Origin: Minisyncoccia bacterium
GTDB taxonomy: Bacteria; Patescibacteriota; Minisyncoccia; UBA6257
DNA length: 55,254 nucleotides
Reading direction: 5' to 3'
NCBI GenBank assembly: GCA_049969555.1
Contig: JBMFOQ010000001.1
Coordinates: 1-55,254 of the forward strand
The translations under genes were made by a program, and so were the position numbers. Under the pieces are notes generated by a model, which had not been told where the DNA came from, made no database searches, and worked only from the letters and a program-made list of their open reading frames with translations. Below, piece after piece: positions 9,283-19,419 of the stretch (positions are counted from its first letter, which is position 1; the number at the start of each line of letters is the position of its first letter).

Positions 9283-10265
9283 ATTTTAATTTTTCTTAAC
9301 CTTTTTGCTGCTTCTTCTGGAGCTAAACCGCACATTTCCATTCCTGACGACAGCTCAAAACCGGCAATTGTTTCTGTTTTTGGTATTATTTGTAAATGAA
9401 AATGGAAAAATTTTTGATGTTCTTTTAGAAAAGAACTGTAAATAAAAAGATTATAATCCGGGTCTTTTAATTCTTTATAAATTCTTTTTAAGGCATCATA
9501 CAGGGCTTCACTTAAATATTTTAATGATTCGTCAGAAATAATTCCAAAATTGGCCAAATGCTTTTTGGGATAAATATGGATTTCATAAGGATTGGTAGAA
9601 ATATAAGGGCAAAACGAAAGATATTCTTTATTTTCATAAATTATTCTTTTTTTCTCTTTTTTCTCCCATTGACTATTAGAACAATAAAAACATTTTTTTC
9701 TTTTTTTAAAAAAATTCTTTCCCCCTCTTAAAATTTGTCCTACATAAGGCGGAATAATTGATAAAGAAATTATTTGACCATGAGGATGAGTGATTGAGGC
9801 GCCAGCACTTTTCCCTAAATTTATAAAAGGAAAAACAAATTTTATTCTTTTGTCTTGAGATAATTGATTATATCTTTCGCGAAAAGCCATAAGCATTTCT
9901 AAAGAATTAATTGGTTTTAATTCGGCTAATGATTTTTTATGATTTCTTAAAAGTACTACTTCTGCCTGCCCTATGGCCGCTTCTTTTTCATAAAACCATT
10001 CTTTTTTCTTAAAGAATTTTTGGAAAGTTACTGCCGGAAATTTATTTAAAATAACCATCACCGACCAATCGCCTCTTTTCTTTTCAATAATAAACAATGG
10101 CTCTTTGTGGCCTGTCTTTAAAGGATTTTCAAAAGGACATTCTTTAATCGGTTGATGTTCCCTTTTTTTTGTTTTAATTAAACCATGCGGCCTTTTACTT
10201 CTTTTAAAAGCAACAATGACTGCTTTTCCGCTAATAGGGTCTTTTCTAATTTCTGAAGAATACAT
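9279..10265 (-). CDS. galT: Galactose-1-phosphate uridylyltransferase family (HIT-like nucleotidyl transferase)
   Basis: 328 aa with the ITHPHGQI active-site motif, a duplicated HIT-like half and NKFPA. There is an ATGA overlap with the downstream gene. Confidence 0.75.
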   Translation of the reverse strand: MYSSEIRKDPISGKAVIVAFKRSKRPHGLIKTKKREHQPIKECPFENPLKTGHKEPLFIIEKKRGDWSVMVILNKFPAVTFQKFFKKKEWFYEKEAAIGQAEVVLLRNHKKSLAELKPINSLEMLMAFRERYNQLSQDKRIKFVFPFINLGKSAGASITHPHGQIISLSIIPPYVGQILRGGKNFFKKRKKCFYCSNSQWEKKEKKRIIYENKEYLSFCPYISTNPYEIHIYPKKHLANFGIISDESLKYLSEALYDALKRIYKELKDPDYNLFIYSSFLKEHQKFFHFHLQIIPKTETIAGFELSSGMEMCGLAPEEAAKRLRKIKI

Positions 10266-10297
10266 AAATTAAAAATATTAAATATATTTTAACATTT

Positions 10298-11077
10298 TTA
10301 AGGGGTTATTACCACTGCTTTATTCTTGCCAATGGCAATTGTTTTTTCAAAATGAATTGCTATTTCGCCATTTAAAGTAGAAAAAGAACCGTCGCTATTT
10401 TCTTTAACTGCCCCATTTTTTAAAGTAATCATTGGTTCAATTGCTAAAACCATTCCTTCTAAAAGCACTAACCCCTTATGTCTTTCGCCGTAATTATAAA
10501 CAATCGGTTCTTCATGAGGCTGATAACCAACTCCATGGCCAACCAAATCTTTAATTACCACAAAACCATTTTTTCTTACAAAATTCTCTATCGCCCAACC
10601 AATGTCTCCCAAAGTATTTTTACTTTTAGCCATTTTAATTGCCTGGTTTAAAGACTGCTCACAAACATTTATCATTTTTTGATAAAGCGGTTTAATCTTT
10701 CCCACCCCAACAGTTAAAGCCATATCCGTATAAAGATTTTTATATTTTAAACCCAAATCTAAAGAAACAATATCTCCATCTTTCAAAATTAGATTTTCTT
10801 TTGGTAAACCATGAACCACTACTTCATTTACTGAAACACACAAACTATAAGGAAAGGGGGCTTTAGCAAAATCTGGCTGATAATTTAAAAAAGACGGCTC
10901 GCCACCGCTTTCTTTAATAAGTTTATAGGCCAAATTGTCTAAAAATTGAGCGCTAATTCCTTCTCTTACTTCTTTTGCCAATCTTTTTAAAATGCGAGAC
11001 AATATTTTTCCGCCACTAACTAAAATTTTAATCTCCTCCTTGCGTTTAATTAATGAGGAAGGTTTTATATTGAACAT
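10298..11077 (-). CDS. map: Methionine aminopeptidase type I
   Basis: VVHGLP, DIVSLDLG, VGHGVG and AIEPM metal-site motifs are present. Confidence 0.92.
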   Translation of the reverse strand: MFNIKPSSLIKRKEEIKILVSGGKILSRILKRLAKEVREGISAQFLDNLAYKLIKESGGEPSFLNYQPDFAKAPFPYSLCVSVNEVVVHGLPKENLILKDGDIVSLDLGLKYKNLYTDMALTVGVGKIKPLYQKMINVCEQSLNQAIKMAKSKNTLGDIGWAIENFVRKNGFVVIKDLVGHGVGYQPHEEPIVYNYGERHKGLVLLEGMVLAIEPMITLKNGAVKENSDGSFSTLNGEIAIHFEKTIAIGKNKAVVITP

Positions 11078-11082
11078 TTATC

Positions 11083-11763
11083 TTATTTAGACTTTATTAT
11101 TTGCTGCCAAATTCTTTCAAATACTTCTTTGACTGTTCCTTCTCCGTTTATCTCAATCAATTTTTTCTTTTTCTTAAAATATCTAATAACCGGCATTACT
11201 TCCTTATCAAAAAATTTCATTCTGTTTTTGATGGCTTGCGGATTATCATCTTTTCTTTTTACGAGTTTACCACCGCAGAAAGGACACTTTAAACTTTTAG
11301 CCAACTCGGGTCTTAAAAAAAGCGAGTATTCTTTTCCACACTTACTACAAATTCTCCTTGAAGATAATCTTTTATAAACTTCCTCTTTTGAGACATTAAT
11401 ATAAAATACTTTTATGTTTTTTCTTCCCATTAAATCTAAAGCCTCTTCTAAAATCTGGGCTTCTAATAGACTTCGGGGACTTCCTTCAAAAATTAAACCA
11501 AAATTATTCGCCCGGCCTTGAAGATTTAAAATTTTTTTTAACCATAAAGAAACCACTAACCAAGTTGGCGCCCGAAAGCCTTTGTTTATTATTTCTTTAA
11601 TTGACTTAGCTAATGGATTTTTTTGCTTGATAAACTGTCTTAAAAGATAACCGCTATCAATCTCAATAAGGGGCAACTTTCTTTTCAATAAATTAAGTTG
11701 CGTTCCCTTGCCTGAGCCAGAACGGCCTAATAAAATGATATTTAATGGTTTAGATGTTTTCAT
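11083..11763 (-). CDS. adk: Adenylate kinase with zinc-ribbon lid
   Basis: P-loop GRSGSGKGTQ and lid CSKCGKEY...CPFCGGKL. It sits after secY in the spc operon. Confidence 0.9.
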   Translation of the reverse strand: MKTSKPLNIILLGRSGSGKGTQLNLLKRKLPLIEIDSGYLLRQFIKQKNPLAKSIKEIINKGFRAPTWLVVSLWLKKILNLQGRANNFGLIFEGSPRSLLEAQILEEALDLMGRKNIKVFYINVSKEEVYKRLSSRRICSKCGKEYSLFLRPELAKSLKCPFCGGKLVKRKDDNPQAIKNRMKFFDKEVMPVIRYFKKKKKLIEINGEGTVKEVFERIWQQIIKSK

Positions 11764-13021
11764 ATTCGCGCATTATTAATTGAGCCTCAATAGCGTGCAT
11801 TGTTTCAATCGCTACTTCTACCATAATTAAAAGCGAAGTTCCGCCAATTGCCAAAGTGGTAATGCCTGAGGCTTTCTCCAAAAGAATTGGCAAAACAGCA
11901 ATTAGCCCCAAAAATAAAGCGCCAAAAAAAGTCACTCTCGAGCTCAAAGAAGCCAAATAGTTAGCAGTGGCTTGCCCTGGCCGATAACCCGGAATAAATC
12001 CTCCTCTTTTTTGTAAATTATCAGCAATTGACTGGGGTTCAAAAGTAACTGAAGTATAAAAGAAAGTAAAAAGAAAAACAAAAATAAAATACAAAATTAA
12101 ATACAAAGGTGATTGGGTATTAAATCCTTGTAAAAACAAAGCAACCTTTAAAAGATAGACATTTTTTGAAGTTGATAAAAATTGACCGATTAACTGGGGA
12201 AACATTAAAATTGATAAAGCAAAAATAATTGGAATAACTCCGGCTTGATTAACTTTCATTGGAAGATAGGTTGCGGCGCCACCATAAATTTTTGTCCCCC
12301 TTACTTGCTTAGCATAATTAACCGGAATTCTTCTCTCGCCCCGAGAAACAAAAACTACGCCAACAATAATAAGGAAGGCAACCGAAAGAAAAATAATTAA
12401 ATTAGGCAGTTTTGTCAAAGAAAAGTTCATAAAAGTTACCAAAAGTTCCCGGGGTAAATTAATAACAATTCCCGCAAAAATAATTAAAGAAATGCCATTG
12501 CCCATTTTTTGTTCGGTAATTAATTCTCCAATCCACATTAAAATTAAGGTGGAGGCAACTACCACCAAGATATTTCTTAATAAATCAAAGGGGGTTTGAA
12601 TTATTACTATTCCCTGACTTTTTAATAAATTAAGCATTGCAAATCCTTGAAGAAGAGCCAAAGGCACAGTAAAAATTCGGGAATACTGTTCAAACTGGGC
12701 TCTTTCTTTTTCTGTTCCCTCTTGAAGCATTTGTTTCAAAGAAGGAAAAACCATTGTTAGAAGTTGAAAGATAATGCTTGAAGTAATATAAGGACCGATA
12801 CCCAAAAAAGCAATTGAGATATTAGACATTGCCCCGCCAGTAAAAATATTAAATAAACCAAATATCTGGTTTTGTTTAAAAAACTGCTGCAATTTTACTT
12901 GATCAACACCAGGTAAAGGAATGCTTACCATTACCCGAAAGACAAACAAAAGAAGAAGAATTGTTAGTACTTTCTTTCTTAATTCTTTAAGCCTAAAAAG
13001 AGTTAATAATTTTTTAAACAT
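11750..13021 (-). CDS. secY: Preprotein translocase subunit SecY
   Basis: 423 aa, ten TM segments, with GIGPYITSSIIFQLL and KRGGFIPGYRPG motifs. Confidence 0.95.
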   Translation of the reverse strand: MFKKLLTLFRLKELRKKVLTILLLLFVFRVMVSIPLPGVDQVKLQQFFKQNQIFGLFNIFTGGAMSNISIAFLGIGPYITSSIIFQLLTMVFPSLKQMLQEGTEKERAQFEQYSRIFTVPLALLQGFAMLNLLKSQGIVIIQTPFDLLRNILVVVASTLILMWIGELITEQKMGNGISLIIFAGIVINLPRELLVTFMNFSLTKLPNLIIFLSVAFLIIVGVVFVSRGERRIPVNYAKQVRGTKIYGGAATYLPMKVNQAGVIPIIFALSILMFPQLIGQFLSTSKNVYLLKVALFLQGFNTQSPLYLILYFIFVFLFTFFYTSVTFEPQSIADNLQKRGGFIPGYRPGQATANYLASLSSRVTFFGALFLGLIAVLPILLEKASGITTLAIGGTSLLIMVEVAIETMHAIEAQLIMREYENI

Positions 13022-13034
13022 AAATTTATTAAAT

Positions 13035-13475
13035 TTATTTCTTTTCTTCTATTTTACCACCTGCTTTTAAAATTGATTCTTTTGCTTTCTTGGATAATAA
13101 ACAATTTTTTATAGTGAGAGCGTATTTTAAATCAGCCGAGCCCAAAATTTTAATTGGTGCTTTTTTGCTTTTTAAAGATTTAACTAATCCTAATTTTTCT
13201 AATTTTTTGGGAGTGATGATACAATTTTCTTTTACTTTTCTTTGAATATCGCTTAATAAAACAGGAATATTTTCCTCAGATGTTTTTCTAAATTTTAATC
13301 CTCTTTTCTTAGGAAATTTTAAAATCGCCTCCCTAATCTGGGGCCTGATTTTATGGCCAGCCCTTGATTTTTGCCCTTTCATTCCTCTTCCAGAATAATT
13401 CCCCTTCTTTCCTCCTCTACCTATTCTTTTCTTTTTTTTGTTTTTATAATTTTTTCTTAATTGATGTATTTGCAT
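13035..13475 (-). CDS. rplO: 50S ribosomal protein uL15
   Basis: The basic Gly-rich N-terminus RIGRGGKKGNYSGRGMKGQKSR and the operon position. Confidence 0.9.
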   Translation of the reverse strand: MQIHQLRKNYKNKKKKRIGRGGKKGNYSGRGMKGQKSRAGHKIRPQIREAILKFPKKRGLKFRKTSEENIPVLLSDIQRKVKENCIITPKKLEKLGLVKSLKSKKAPIKILGSADLKYALTIKNCLLSKKAKESILKAGGKIEEKK

Positions 13476-13487
13476 AAACTAAAGAAG

Positions 13488-14012
13488 TTATATTTTTTCG
13501 GTTTTGTTTTCCTCTAATTTTTCTTTTATTGTTTCTTTACTTTCTTCCTTGGGAGCCTTGAGCTTTAAAATTGCCAAAAGAACTGCTTTCGCATTATTAA
13601 TAGCATTATTGGTTCTTCCTAACATTTTAGAACTAACATTTGGCACACCAGCCAATTTAAAAATCGTTCGTGCTACTCCGCCAGCAATAATTCCTTTCCC
13701 TTCTTTAGCCGGTTTTAAAATAATTTCTGCTGCCCCGTATTTTGCCTTTACTTCATGAGGAATGGTATTTTTAATAATCGGAATTTTAATTAAATTCTTC
13801 TTTGCCTCCCTTGTTGCTTTTTCAATCGCCAAAGCGACATCGCGACCCTTTCCTATACCAAGCCCTATTTCATAATTTTTTTTCTTACCCACCAAAACTG
13901 TTGCCCGGAAGCTTAATCTTTTTCCTCCGGCTGTTACCCGCGCAACTCGGGCAATATCTATAACCTGTGTCTCAAAATCTTCAGTTATTTTTTGAAGGTT
14001 TCTTTTAACCAT
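13488..14012 (-). CDS. rpsE: 30S ribosomal protein uS5 (K/E-rich C-terminal tail)
   Basis: RVARVTAGGKRLSFRATVLVG and GIIAGGVARTIFKLAGV motifs are present. Confidence 0.93.
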   Translation of the reverse strand: MVKRNLQKITEDFETQVIDIARVARVTAGGKRLSFRATVLVGKKKNYEIGLGIGKGRDVALAIEKATREAKKNLIKIPIIKNTIPHEVKAKYGAAEIILKPAKEGKGIIAGGVARTIFKLAGVPNVSSKMLGRTNNAINNAKAVLLAILKLKAPKEESKETIKEKLEENKTEKI

Positions 14013-14020
14013 AAATAATA

Positions 14021-14377
14021 TTAAAAAACTAAACCGCTTTCTCTGGCTTTTTCTGCCAAAGCCTTAATTCGACCATGATATTTAAACCCACCGCGGTCAA
14101 AAACTACTTTTTTTATTCCTTTTTCTTTGGCCTTTTTGGCAATTAATTCCCCTACTTTTTTGGCCAACTCTTCTTTTTTAATCTTTTTATCTTTTTTAAT
14201 TTCAAAATCAGAAGCAGCAACTAATGTTTTTCCTAATTCATCATCTATAATTTGAGCATAAATATGTTTTAAAGAACGATAAACTGATAAGCGGGGCCTT
14301 TCTGATGTGCCTCTAATTTTTGCTCTCAAACGAGAATGCCTTATAATTCTTGCTTTCTTTTTATTCATTTTTTTCAT
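14021..14377 (-). CDS. rplR: 50S ribosomal protein uL18
   Basis: [19 protein letters not shown] and [17 protein letters not shown] motifs are present. Confidence 0.93.
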   Translation of the reverse strand: MKKMNKKKARIIRHSRLRAKIRGTSERPRLSVYRSLKHIYAQIIDDELGKTLVAASDFEIKKDKKIKKEELAKKVGELIAKKAKEKGIKKVVFDRGGFKYHGRIKALAEKARESGLVF

Positions 14378-14407
14378 TGAGATTTAAAATTTAATTATTA
14401 AAATTAA

Positions 14408-14953
14408 TTAAGCAGAGGTACTGGCTACTTTCTTCCCCGCCTTTCTTCTTATCTTTTCCCCAACATATTGAATTCCTTTTCCTTTATATGGTTCAACCGG
14501 TCTCACTTTTCTAATTTTTGCCGCAAAAGAACCAACTAATTCTTTGGAAATACCAGTAATAGTAATAATATTTTTATCTACCGTCACATTCAATTCTCGG
14601 GGAATTTCTATTTCTATTGGATTAATATAGCCAACTTTTAAAGACAGTTTATTTCCCTCTACTGACACGCGATAACCTACGCCATTTATCTCTAATTGTT
14701 TACTAAATCCAACACTTACGCCTTTAATTAAATTATTTATCAAAGCCCTGGTTGTTCCCCATAATTTATTAGTGTTTTTTTGTTCAACTACGGGTTTAAC
14801 ATATACTAAATTATCTTTTATTTCAATCAAAAAATAAGGGGAAATGTTTAAAGAAAGTTCTCCTTTTGGTCCTCTGGCAACAAAGGTATGATTAACCATT
14901 TTTACCTCTACACCAGAAGGAATTTCTATAGGTTTTTTACCAATTCTTGACAC
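14408..14953 (-). CDS. rplF: 50S ribosomal protein uL6
   Basis: MSRIGKKPIEIPSGV and PEPYKGKGI-like VEPYKGKGIQY motifs are present. Confidence 0.93.
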   Translation of the reverse strand: MSRIGKKPIEIPSGVEVKMVNHTFVARGPKGELSLNISPYFLIEIKDNLVYVKPVVEQKNTNKLWGTTRALINNLIKGVSVGFSKQLEINGVGYRVSVEGNKLSLKVGYINPIEIEIPRELNVTVDKNIITITGISKELVGSFAAKIRKVRPVEPYKGKGIQYVGEKIRRKAGKKVASTSA

Positions 14954-14974
14954 AATAAAAATTTAATAATTATT

Positions 14975-15367
14975 TTACCAAACTTCAAGAATTATTTCCC
15001 CTCCTAATTTCTTTGCTCTTGCTTCTTTATCAGTCATTACTCCCTGAGGGGTAGAAACTACATAAATGCCAAACCTTCCTTTTGCTGGAAAAATATGCTT
15101 TGATTTTTTATAAACTCTTTGAGAGGGTTTTGAGATTTTTTTTATTTCAGTAATTTTCGGAATATTGTTTTCATCATAAGCCAAAGTTATTTCTATCATT
15201 CTTTTTGGTTCTCGACCTATTTTAACAAAATCTTCAAGGTAACCGTTTTTCTTTAAAACTCTCAATATCTCCATTTTAAATTTAGAAAAAGGAACTTTAA
15301 TGGTTTGTTTTTTAACCATTAAAGCATTCCTTATTCTTGTTATCATATCAGCAATTGGATCAGTCAT
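14975..15367 (-). CDS. rpsH: 30S ribosomal protein uS8
   Basis: MTDPIADMITRIRNA and GGEIILEVW termini. Confidence 0.93.
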   Translation of the reverse strand: MTDPIADMITRIRNALMVKKQTIKVPFSKFKMEILRVLKKNGYLEDFVKIGREPKRMIEITLAYDENNIPKITEIKKISKPSQRVYKKSKHIFPAKGRFGIYVVSTPQGVMTDKEARAKKLGGEIILEVW

Positions 15368-15404
15368 AATATAGTTTAAAAATTAAAAATTTTTCTTGAG
15401 GTTA

Positions 15405-15590
15405 TTACCAGCTTGATTTTTTTACTCCAGGAATTTCCCCTTTTGAAGCTAATTCCCTAAAACAAATTCGACACAAACCAAAATCTCTCATATAACCTCT
15501 TTTTCTTCCGCAACGCCAACATCGTCTCACAATTCTTGTGGAATATTTTGGTTTTTTTAGTGCTCGTGCAATTACAGATTTTTTTGCCAT
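15405..15590 (-). CDS. rpsZ: 30S ribosomal protein uS14, zinc-binding type Z
   Basis: 61 aa with [10 protein letters not shown]...CRICFRE and a terminal W. Confidence 0.93.
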   Translation of the reverse strand: MAKKSVIARALKKPKYSTRIVRRCWRCGRKRGYMRDFGLCRICFRELASKGEIPGVKKSSW

Positions 15591-15629
15591 ATTTTAATTA
15601 TTATCTTTGAAAATTTTTAGATTTTTCTT

Positions 15630-16190
15630 CTAATCAGATTTTTCTAAAGGAAAACCTAATAAGCGGTACATCTCTTTTGCCATTTGCCGATTTTTGGCAT
15701 TTGTTACAAAAGTAACTTCTAAACCAAAAACAAAGCTTGCTTGTTCTTTGCTGATTTCCGGAAAAACAGTCTGTTCTTTAATACCATAATTTAAATTACC
15801 AAAAGCGTCAATATTTGAATCCTTTATTCCCCAAAAATCTCTAATTCTTGGCAAAACAATATTAATAAATTTATAAATGAAATCTTCCATTCTTTTGCCG
15901 CGCAAAGTAACTTTTAAACCCACAGGCATTCCTTCCCTTAATTTAAAACTAGAAATAGAAACTTTCGCTGGTCTAATAGAAGGTTTTAAACCAGTTATCA
16001 TTTTTAACTGATCAGCAACCTTTTCAACTATTTCTTCGGAGTTTTTACTTGAAGTAACCAATCTTCCTATACCTGTATTAATGACCACTTTCTCTATTTT
16101 ACAAACAGCAAGCGGTGATTTTAGATTAAATTGTTTTATCATTTCTGGTATTACTACTTTTTTAAATTGTTCTTTATAAGGTAATTTCAT
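15630..16190 (-). CDS. rplE: 50S ribosomal protein uL5
   Basis: KVVINTGIG, RGKRMEDFIYKFINIVLPRIRDF and FGLEVTFVT motifs are present. Confidence 0.93.
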   Translation of the reverse strand: MKLPYKEQFKKVVIPEMIKQFNLKSPLAVCKIEKVVINTGIGRLVTSSKNSEEIVEKVADQLKMITGLKPSIRPAKVSISSFKLREGMPVGLKVTLRGKRMEDFIYKFINIVLPRIRDFWGIKDSNIDAFGNLNYGIKEQTVFPEISKEQASFVFGLEVTFVTNAKNRQMAKEMYRLLGFPLEKSD

Positions 16191-16197
16191 ATTTTAT

Positions 16198-16512
16198 TTA
16201 AGGTATTTTAGCACCACATTTTTTGCATTTGCGATATTTTTTTCCGTTTTCTATCAAATGACCAATTTTGGTGGGTTTTTTACAATTAGGGCAAATTAAT
16301 TTAACATTGGCTCGAGAAATTGGGCCTGGGACAGACATTATTTCTCCTTTCTCGTCAGTCTTCTTCGGTCTTTTTATTTTTTTAATTAAATTCAAACCAT
16401 CAATAATCAGTCGGTTTTCTTTTGGCAATGTCCTAATCACTTTTCCTGACTTTCCTTTATCTTTTCCTTTAGTGATTAAGACTAAATCTCCTTTTTTAAT
16501 TTCCATTTTCAT
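16198..16512 (-). CDS. rplX: 50S ribosomal protein uL24 (with C-terminal CxxC...CxxC ribbon)
   Basis: The KOW motif IKKGDLVLITKGKDKGKSGKV and the tail CPNCKKPTKIG...CKKCGAKI. Confidence 0.92.
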   Translation of the reverse strand: MKMEIKKGDLVLITKGKDKGKSGKVIRTLPKENRLIIDGLNLIKKIKRPKKTDEKGEIMSVPGPISRANVKLICPNCKKPTKIGHLIENGKKYRKCKKCGAKIP

Positions 16513-16523
16513 ATTATTAAAAT

Positions 16524-16892
16524 TTAAACAAAATCTGGGGCTAAAGCCACTAATTTATCATAACCCATTTCTCTTATTTCTCTTGGTAAAACCCCTAACA
16601 ATCTATTACCAATTGGCTCTCTTTTTTCATTAATAAGAACCACGGCATTTTCATCAAATTTTATATAACTGCCGTCTTTTCTTTTAAATGGCTGTTTTTG
16701 CCAAACAACCAGCGCCTTCACTACCTCGCCCTTTTTAATCTCTCTTCTTGGTTCTGCCTGTTGCACTGAGGCTACAATAATGTCTCCTATTCGGGCATAT
16801 TTTTTATAACTTCCTCCTAATACTCGAAAACACCGGACTGTTTTTGCGCCGCTATTATCAATTACTTTTAAAATTGATCTCGGTTGAATCAT
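16524..16892 (-). CDS. rplN: 50S ribosomal protein uL14
   Basis: MIQPRSILKVIDNSGAK and DENAVVLIN motifs are present. Confidence 0.95.
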   Translation of the reverse strand: MIQPRSILKVIDNSGAKTVRCFRVLGGSYKKYARIGDIIVASVQQAEPRREIKKGEVVKALVVWQKQPFKRKDGSYIKFDENAVVLINEKREPIGNRLLGVLPREIREMGYDKLVALAPDFV

Positions 16893-16965
16893 ACCAATAA
16901 AATAAATTTAAAGTATCCAAAAATTACTGTTTAAAAATTAAAAATTTAAAATTAAAAATTTTTCT

Positions 16966-17211
16966 TTAGGCATAGCCGACAATTCTCCATCTTTTTTCTT
17001 TTGATAAGGGTCTTGTTTCTTCGATTATTACTTTCTCTCCTTCTTTGTATTTATTCGCTTCATTATGGGCTTTAAATTTTTTGCTCACTTTGTAATACTT
17101 TTTGTATTTTGAATGAAATTTTAATCTGTCAACTTTTACCACCGCAGTTTTTTCCATTTTTGCGCTGACGACTATTCCTTTTAATCTTCTTTTTACTGCT
17201 TTCTTTTTCAT
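16966..17211 (-). CDS. rpsQ: 30S ribosomal protein uS17
   Basis: [34 protein letters not shown] and [11 protein letters not shown] motifs are present. Confidence 0.92.
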   Translation of the reverse strand: MKKKAVKRRLKGIVVSAKMEKTAVVKVDRLKFHSKYKKYYKVSKKFKAHNEANKYKEGEKVIIEETRPLSKEKRWRIVGYA

Positions 17212-17244
17212 ATTTTATTCTTTTTTAAATAAATATTTATTAAC

Positions 17245-17454
17245 TTATGTTTTTATATTCATCTCATTTAAAATAGTCGAAATGCGAGCAATATCTTTTT
17301 TTAAATTTTTTATCGACCTTACATTTTTTACTTTACCTTGAGCTAAACTAAATCTTAACTCCGCTAGTTTTTTGTAAGAATCAGCTAACAATTCTAGCAA
17401 TTCATGCGGTTTTTTATTTTTTAATTCTTTTGCTTTCATATTAATCTTTAACAA
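17245..17454 (-). CDS. rpmC: 50S ribosomal protein uL29
   Basis: A 69-aa helical protein with [26 protein letters not shown]. It sits between rplP and rpsQ and overlaps rplP by 14 nt. Confidence 0.88.
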   Translation of the reverse strand: MLKINMKAKELKNKKPHELLELLADSYKKLAELRFSLAQGKVKNVRSIKNLKKDIARISTILNEMNIKT

Positions 17455-17851
17455 AAGCAGTTTTAATCGGTAATTTTGAAGCGGCTGCTCTTAAAGCTTC
17501 TTGAGCCAAATTTTCAGAAACGCCATCGATTTCAAATATTACCCTCCCGGGTTTAACGGGAAAAGCATAGTATTCAACCGAACCCTTTCCTCCTCCCATT
17601 GTTACTTCGGGTGGTCGCTTAGTAATTGGTTTATCAGGAAAAATTCTTAACCAAACTTTTCCTTCTTTTTTTAAAACAATGGCAATTGCTTTTCTTGCTG
17701 CCTCTATCTGCTGCGAAGTCAACCATTTTTCCTCTAATGCCTTTAAGCCATAACTACCAAAATCTAAATTCACTCCTCTTGTTTCAATAGTACGAAATCT
17801 TCCCCTGCCTTTTTGCATTTTGCGATGTTTTACTTTTTTCGGCGCTAACAT
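17441..17851 (-). CDS. rplP: 50S ribosomal protein uL16
   Basis: [41 protein letters not shown] motifs are present. Confidence 0.95.
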   Translation of the reverse strand: MLAPKKVKHRKMQKGRGRFRTIETRGVNLDFGSYGLKALEEKWLTSQQIEAARKAIAIVLKKEGKVWLRIFPDKPITKRPPEVTMGGGKGSVEYYAFPVKPGRVIFEIDGVSENLAQEALRAAASKLPIKTAFVKD

Positions 17852-17860
17852 AATTATTTA

Positions 17861-18544
17861 TTATTTATTTTTTATTTTTTCTTCTTCGGGTAATTTATAA
17901 ATCCAAACCTTTACTCCTACAACTCCATAAGTACAATAGGCTTCAGCAAAACCATAATCAATGTCTGCCCTTAAAGTTTGCTGAGGCAATTTTCCTTCCT
18001 GCAACCACTCGTCTCGAGCAATTTCATTGCCATCTAATCTTCCGGAAATCATAATTTTTGCTCCGCCAACATTTTTATGTTGAATAATTCGAGCCAAATT
18101 TCTTTTCATTGTCAAGCGATAAGGAATTCTTTTTTCAATATCCTCAGCGATATTTTGCGCCATAATTTGCGCTGAAGTTTCCGGCCTTCTCACTTCTTCC
18201 ACCGAAACACTAATTTTATAATTTGTTTTCTTTTCTGATTTGTTATCTTTTGTCTGGTTTCTTAATAATTTAGCAATCTCTTTTTCAATTTTACTAATCC
18301 CCTGTCCTTGACGACCAATAAGTAGACCCGGCCGGGCAGTATGAATAACTATTTTAATATTATCTAATTTTCTTTCAATTTCAATTTTTTCAATTCTTAA
18401 TTCTTTTCCTCCTTTAAGAATCAACTCTCTAATTGCGTGGTCTTCTTTTAGAAGTTGGGGTATCTTTTTCAAATTTAACCAACGAGAGTCCCACTCTTTT
18501 GTAATTCCTGTTCTTAAACTTTTTGGATTAGTATACTGTGCCAT
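17861..18544 (-). CDS. rpsC: 30S ribosomal protein uS3
   Basis: The KH domain LLIGRQGQGISKI and RLDGNEIARDEWLQEGKLPQQTLRADIDYG. Confidence 0.95.
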   Translation of the reverse strand: MAQYTNPKSLRTGITKEWDSRWLNLKKIPQLLKEDHAIRELILKGGKELRIEKIEIERKLDNIKIVIHTARPGLLIGRQGQGISKIEKEIAKLLRNQTKDNKSEKKTNYKISVSVEEVRRPETSAQIMAQNIAEDIEKRIPYRLTMKRNLARIIQHKNVGGAKIMISGRLDGNEIARDEWLQEGKLPQQTLRADIDYGFAEAYCTYGVVGVKVWIYKLPEEEKIKNK

Positions 18545-18559
18545 AATTATTAGTTAATT

Positions 18560-19072
18560 TTATATTGCTTTTCTTCTAAAGATTCTCTGCCTAGGCATTA
18601 CTTGAGTTTTTATTTTTTCTTTTTTAATTTCTTGCTTTCTTTCTTGCTTTGGCGAAATGATTATTTTTTCTTTCTGCGGTTTAGAAATTTCTTTTTCTTT
18701 TGTCTTTTTAACTTCCACTTTTTCTCCTGCTTTTTTGTGTTTTTTATCTTTTAAAACAATCGTAATATGGGAGCTGCGTTTTCTAATTTCATTTGCCATT
18801 CCTCGGGCGCGAGGCATATATCTTAAAAGGGTTGGACCTTGATCAACTCTAATTTGATAAACAAAAAGATCTTGCGCGTCCAAATTAAAGTTATTTGTTG
18901 CATTACTTATGGCTGATTTTAAAAGTTTTAAAACTGGCTCTGCCGCCCTTTTTGGTAAAAATTTAAGCTGATGTTCTGCTTCTTTAACATCTAATCCCTT
19001 TATCAAATCAGTTACTAATCTAACTTTTCTTGGGCTAATTCTTAAATATTTTAATTGTGCTTTTACCTCCAT
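18560..19072 (-). CDS. rplV: 50S ribosomal protein uL22 with ~55-aa K/E-rich C-terminal extension
   Basis: YLRISPRKVRLVTDLIKG and RYMPRARGMANEIRKRSSHITIVL, followed by a KEKxxK-rich tail. Confidence 0.92.
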   Translation of the reverse strand: MEVKAQLKYLRISPRKVRLVTDLIKGLDVKEAEHQLKFLPKRAAEPVLKLLKSAISNATNNFNLDAQDLFVYQIRVDQGPTLLRYMPRARGMANEIRKRSSHITIVLKDKKHKKAGEKVEVKKTKEKEISKPQKEKIIISPKQERKQEIKKEKIKTQVMPRQRIFRRKAI

Positions 19073-19081
19073 AATTTTTCT

Positions 19082-19414
19082 TTAAACCTTAACTTTTGTT
19101 ACTTTTGTTTCCGGCTCTTTTGGCGCCTCGCCTGTTTTTGCCTCCAAAGCCCGCTGCATTTTTCCGCCATGTTTTATAAACTTTCTTGTTGGAGCAAATT
19201 CTCCCAACCGATGTCCAACCATTTCTTCTTTCGCCTCTACGCGAATAAAATCTTTACCATTGTAAACAGCAAAAACAAACCCTATCATTTCCGGAGTAAT
19301 CATTGAATCGCGGGAGTAAGTTTTAATAGGAGTTTTATCTCCCGCTTTCATTTTCGAAAGTTTTTCTAAAATGTTTGGGTCAACAAATGGTCCTTTTTTA
19401 AGTGATCTTGCCAT
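19082..19414 (-). CDS. rpsS: 30S ribosomal protein uS19
   Basis: [42 protein letters not shown] motifs are present. Confidence 0.95.
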   Translation of the reverse strand: MARSLKKGPFVDPNILEKLSKMKAGDKTPIKTYSRDSMITPEMIGFVFAVYNGKDFIRVEAKEEMVGHRLGEFAPTRKFIKHGGKMQRALEAKTGEAPKEPETKVTKVKV

Positions 19415-19419
19415 ATTTT

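Noticed and set aside
16198-16512. The zinc-ribbon-like CxxC...CxxC tail on uL24 as a novelty.
   Set aside because: The same CPxCGKPTR...CxKCG arrangement occurs in uL24 of Thermus and other bacteria, so it is a known variant.
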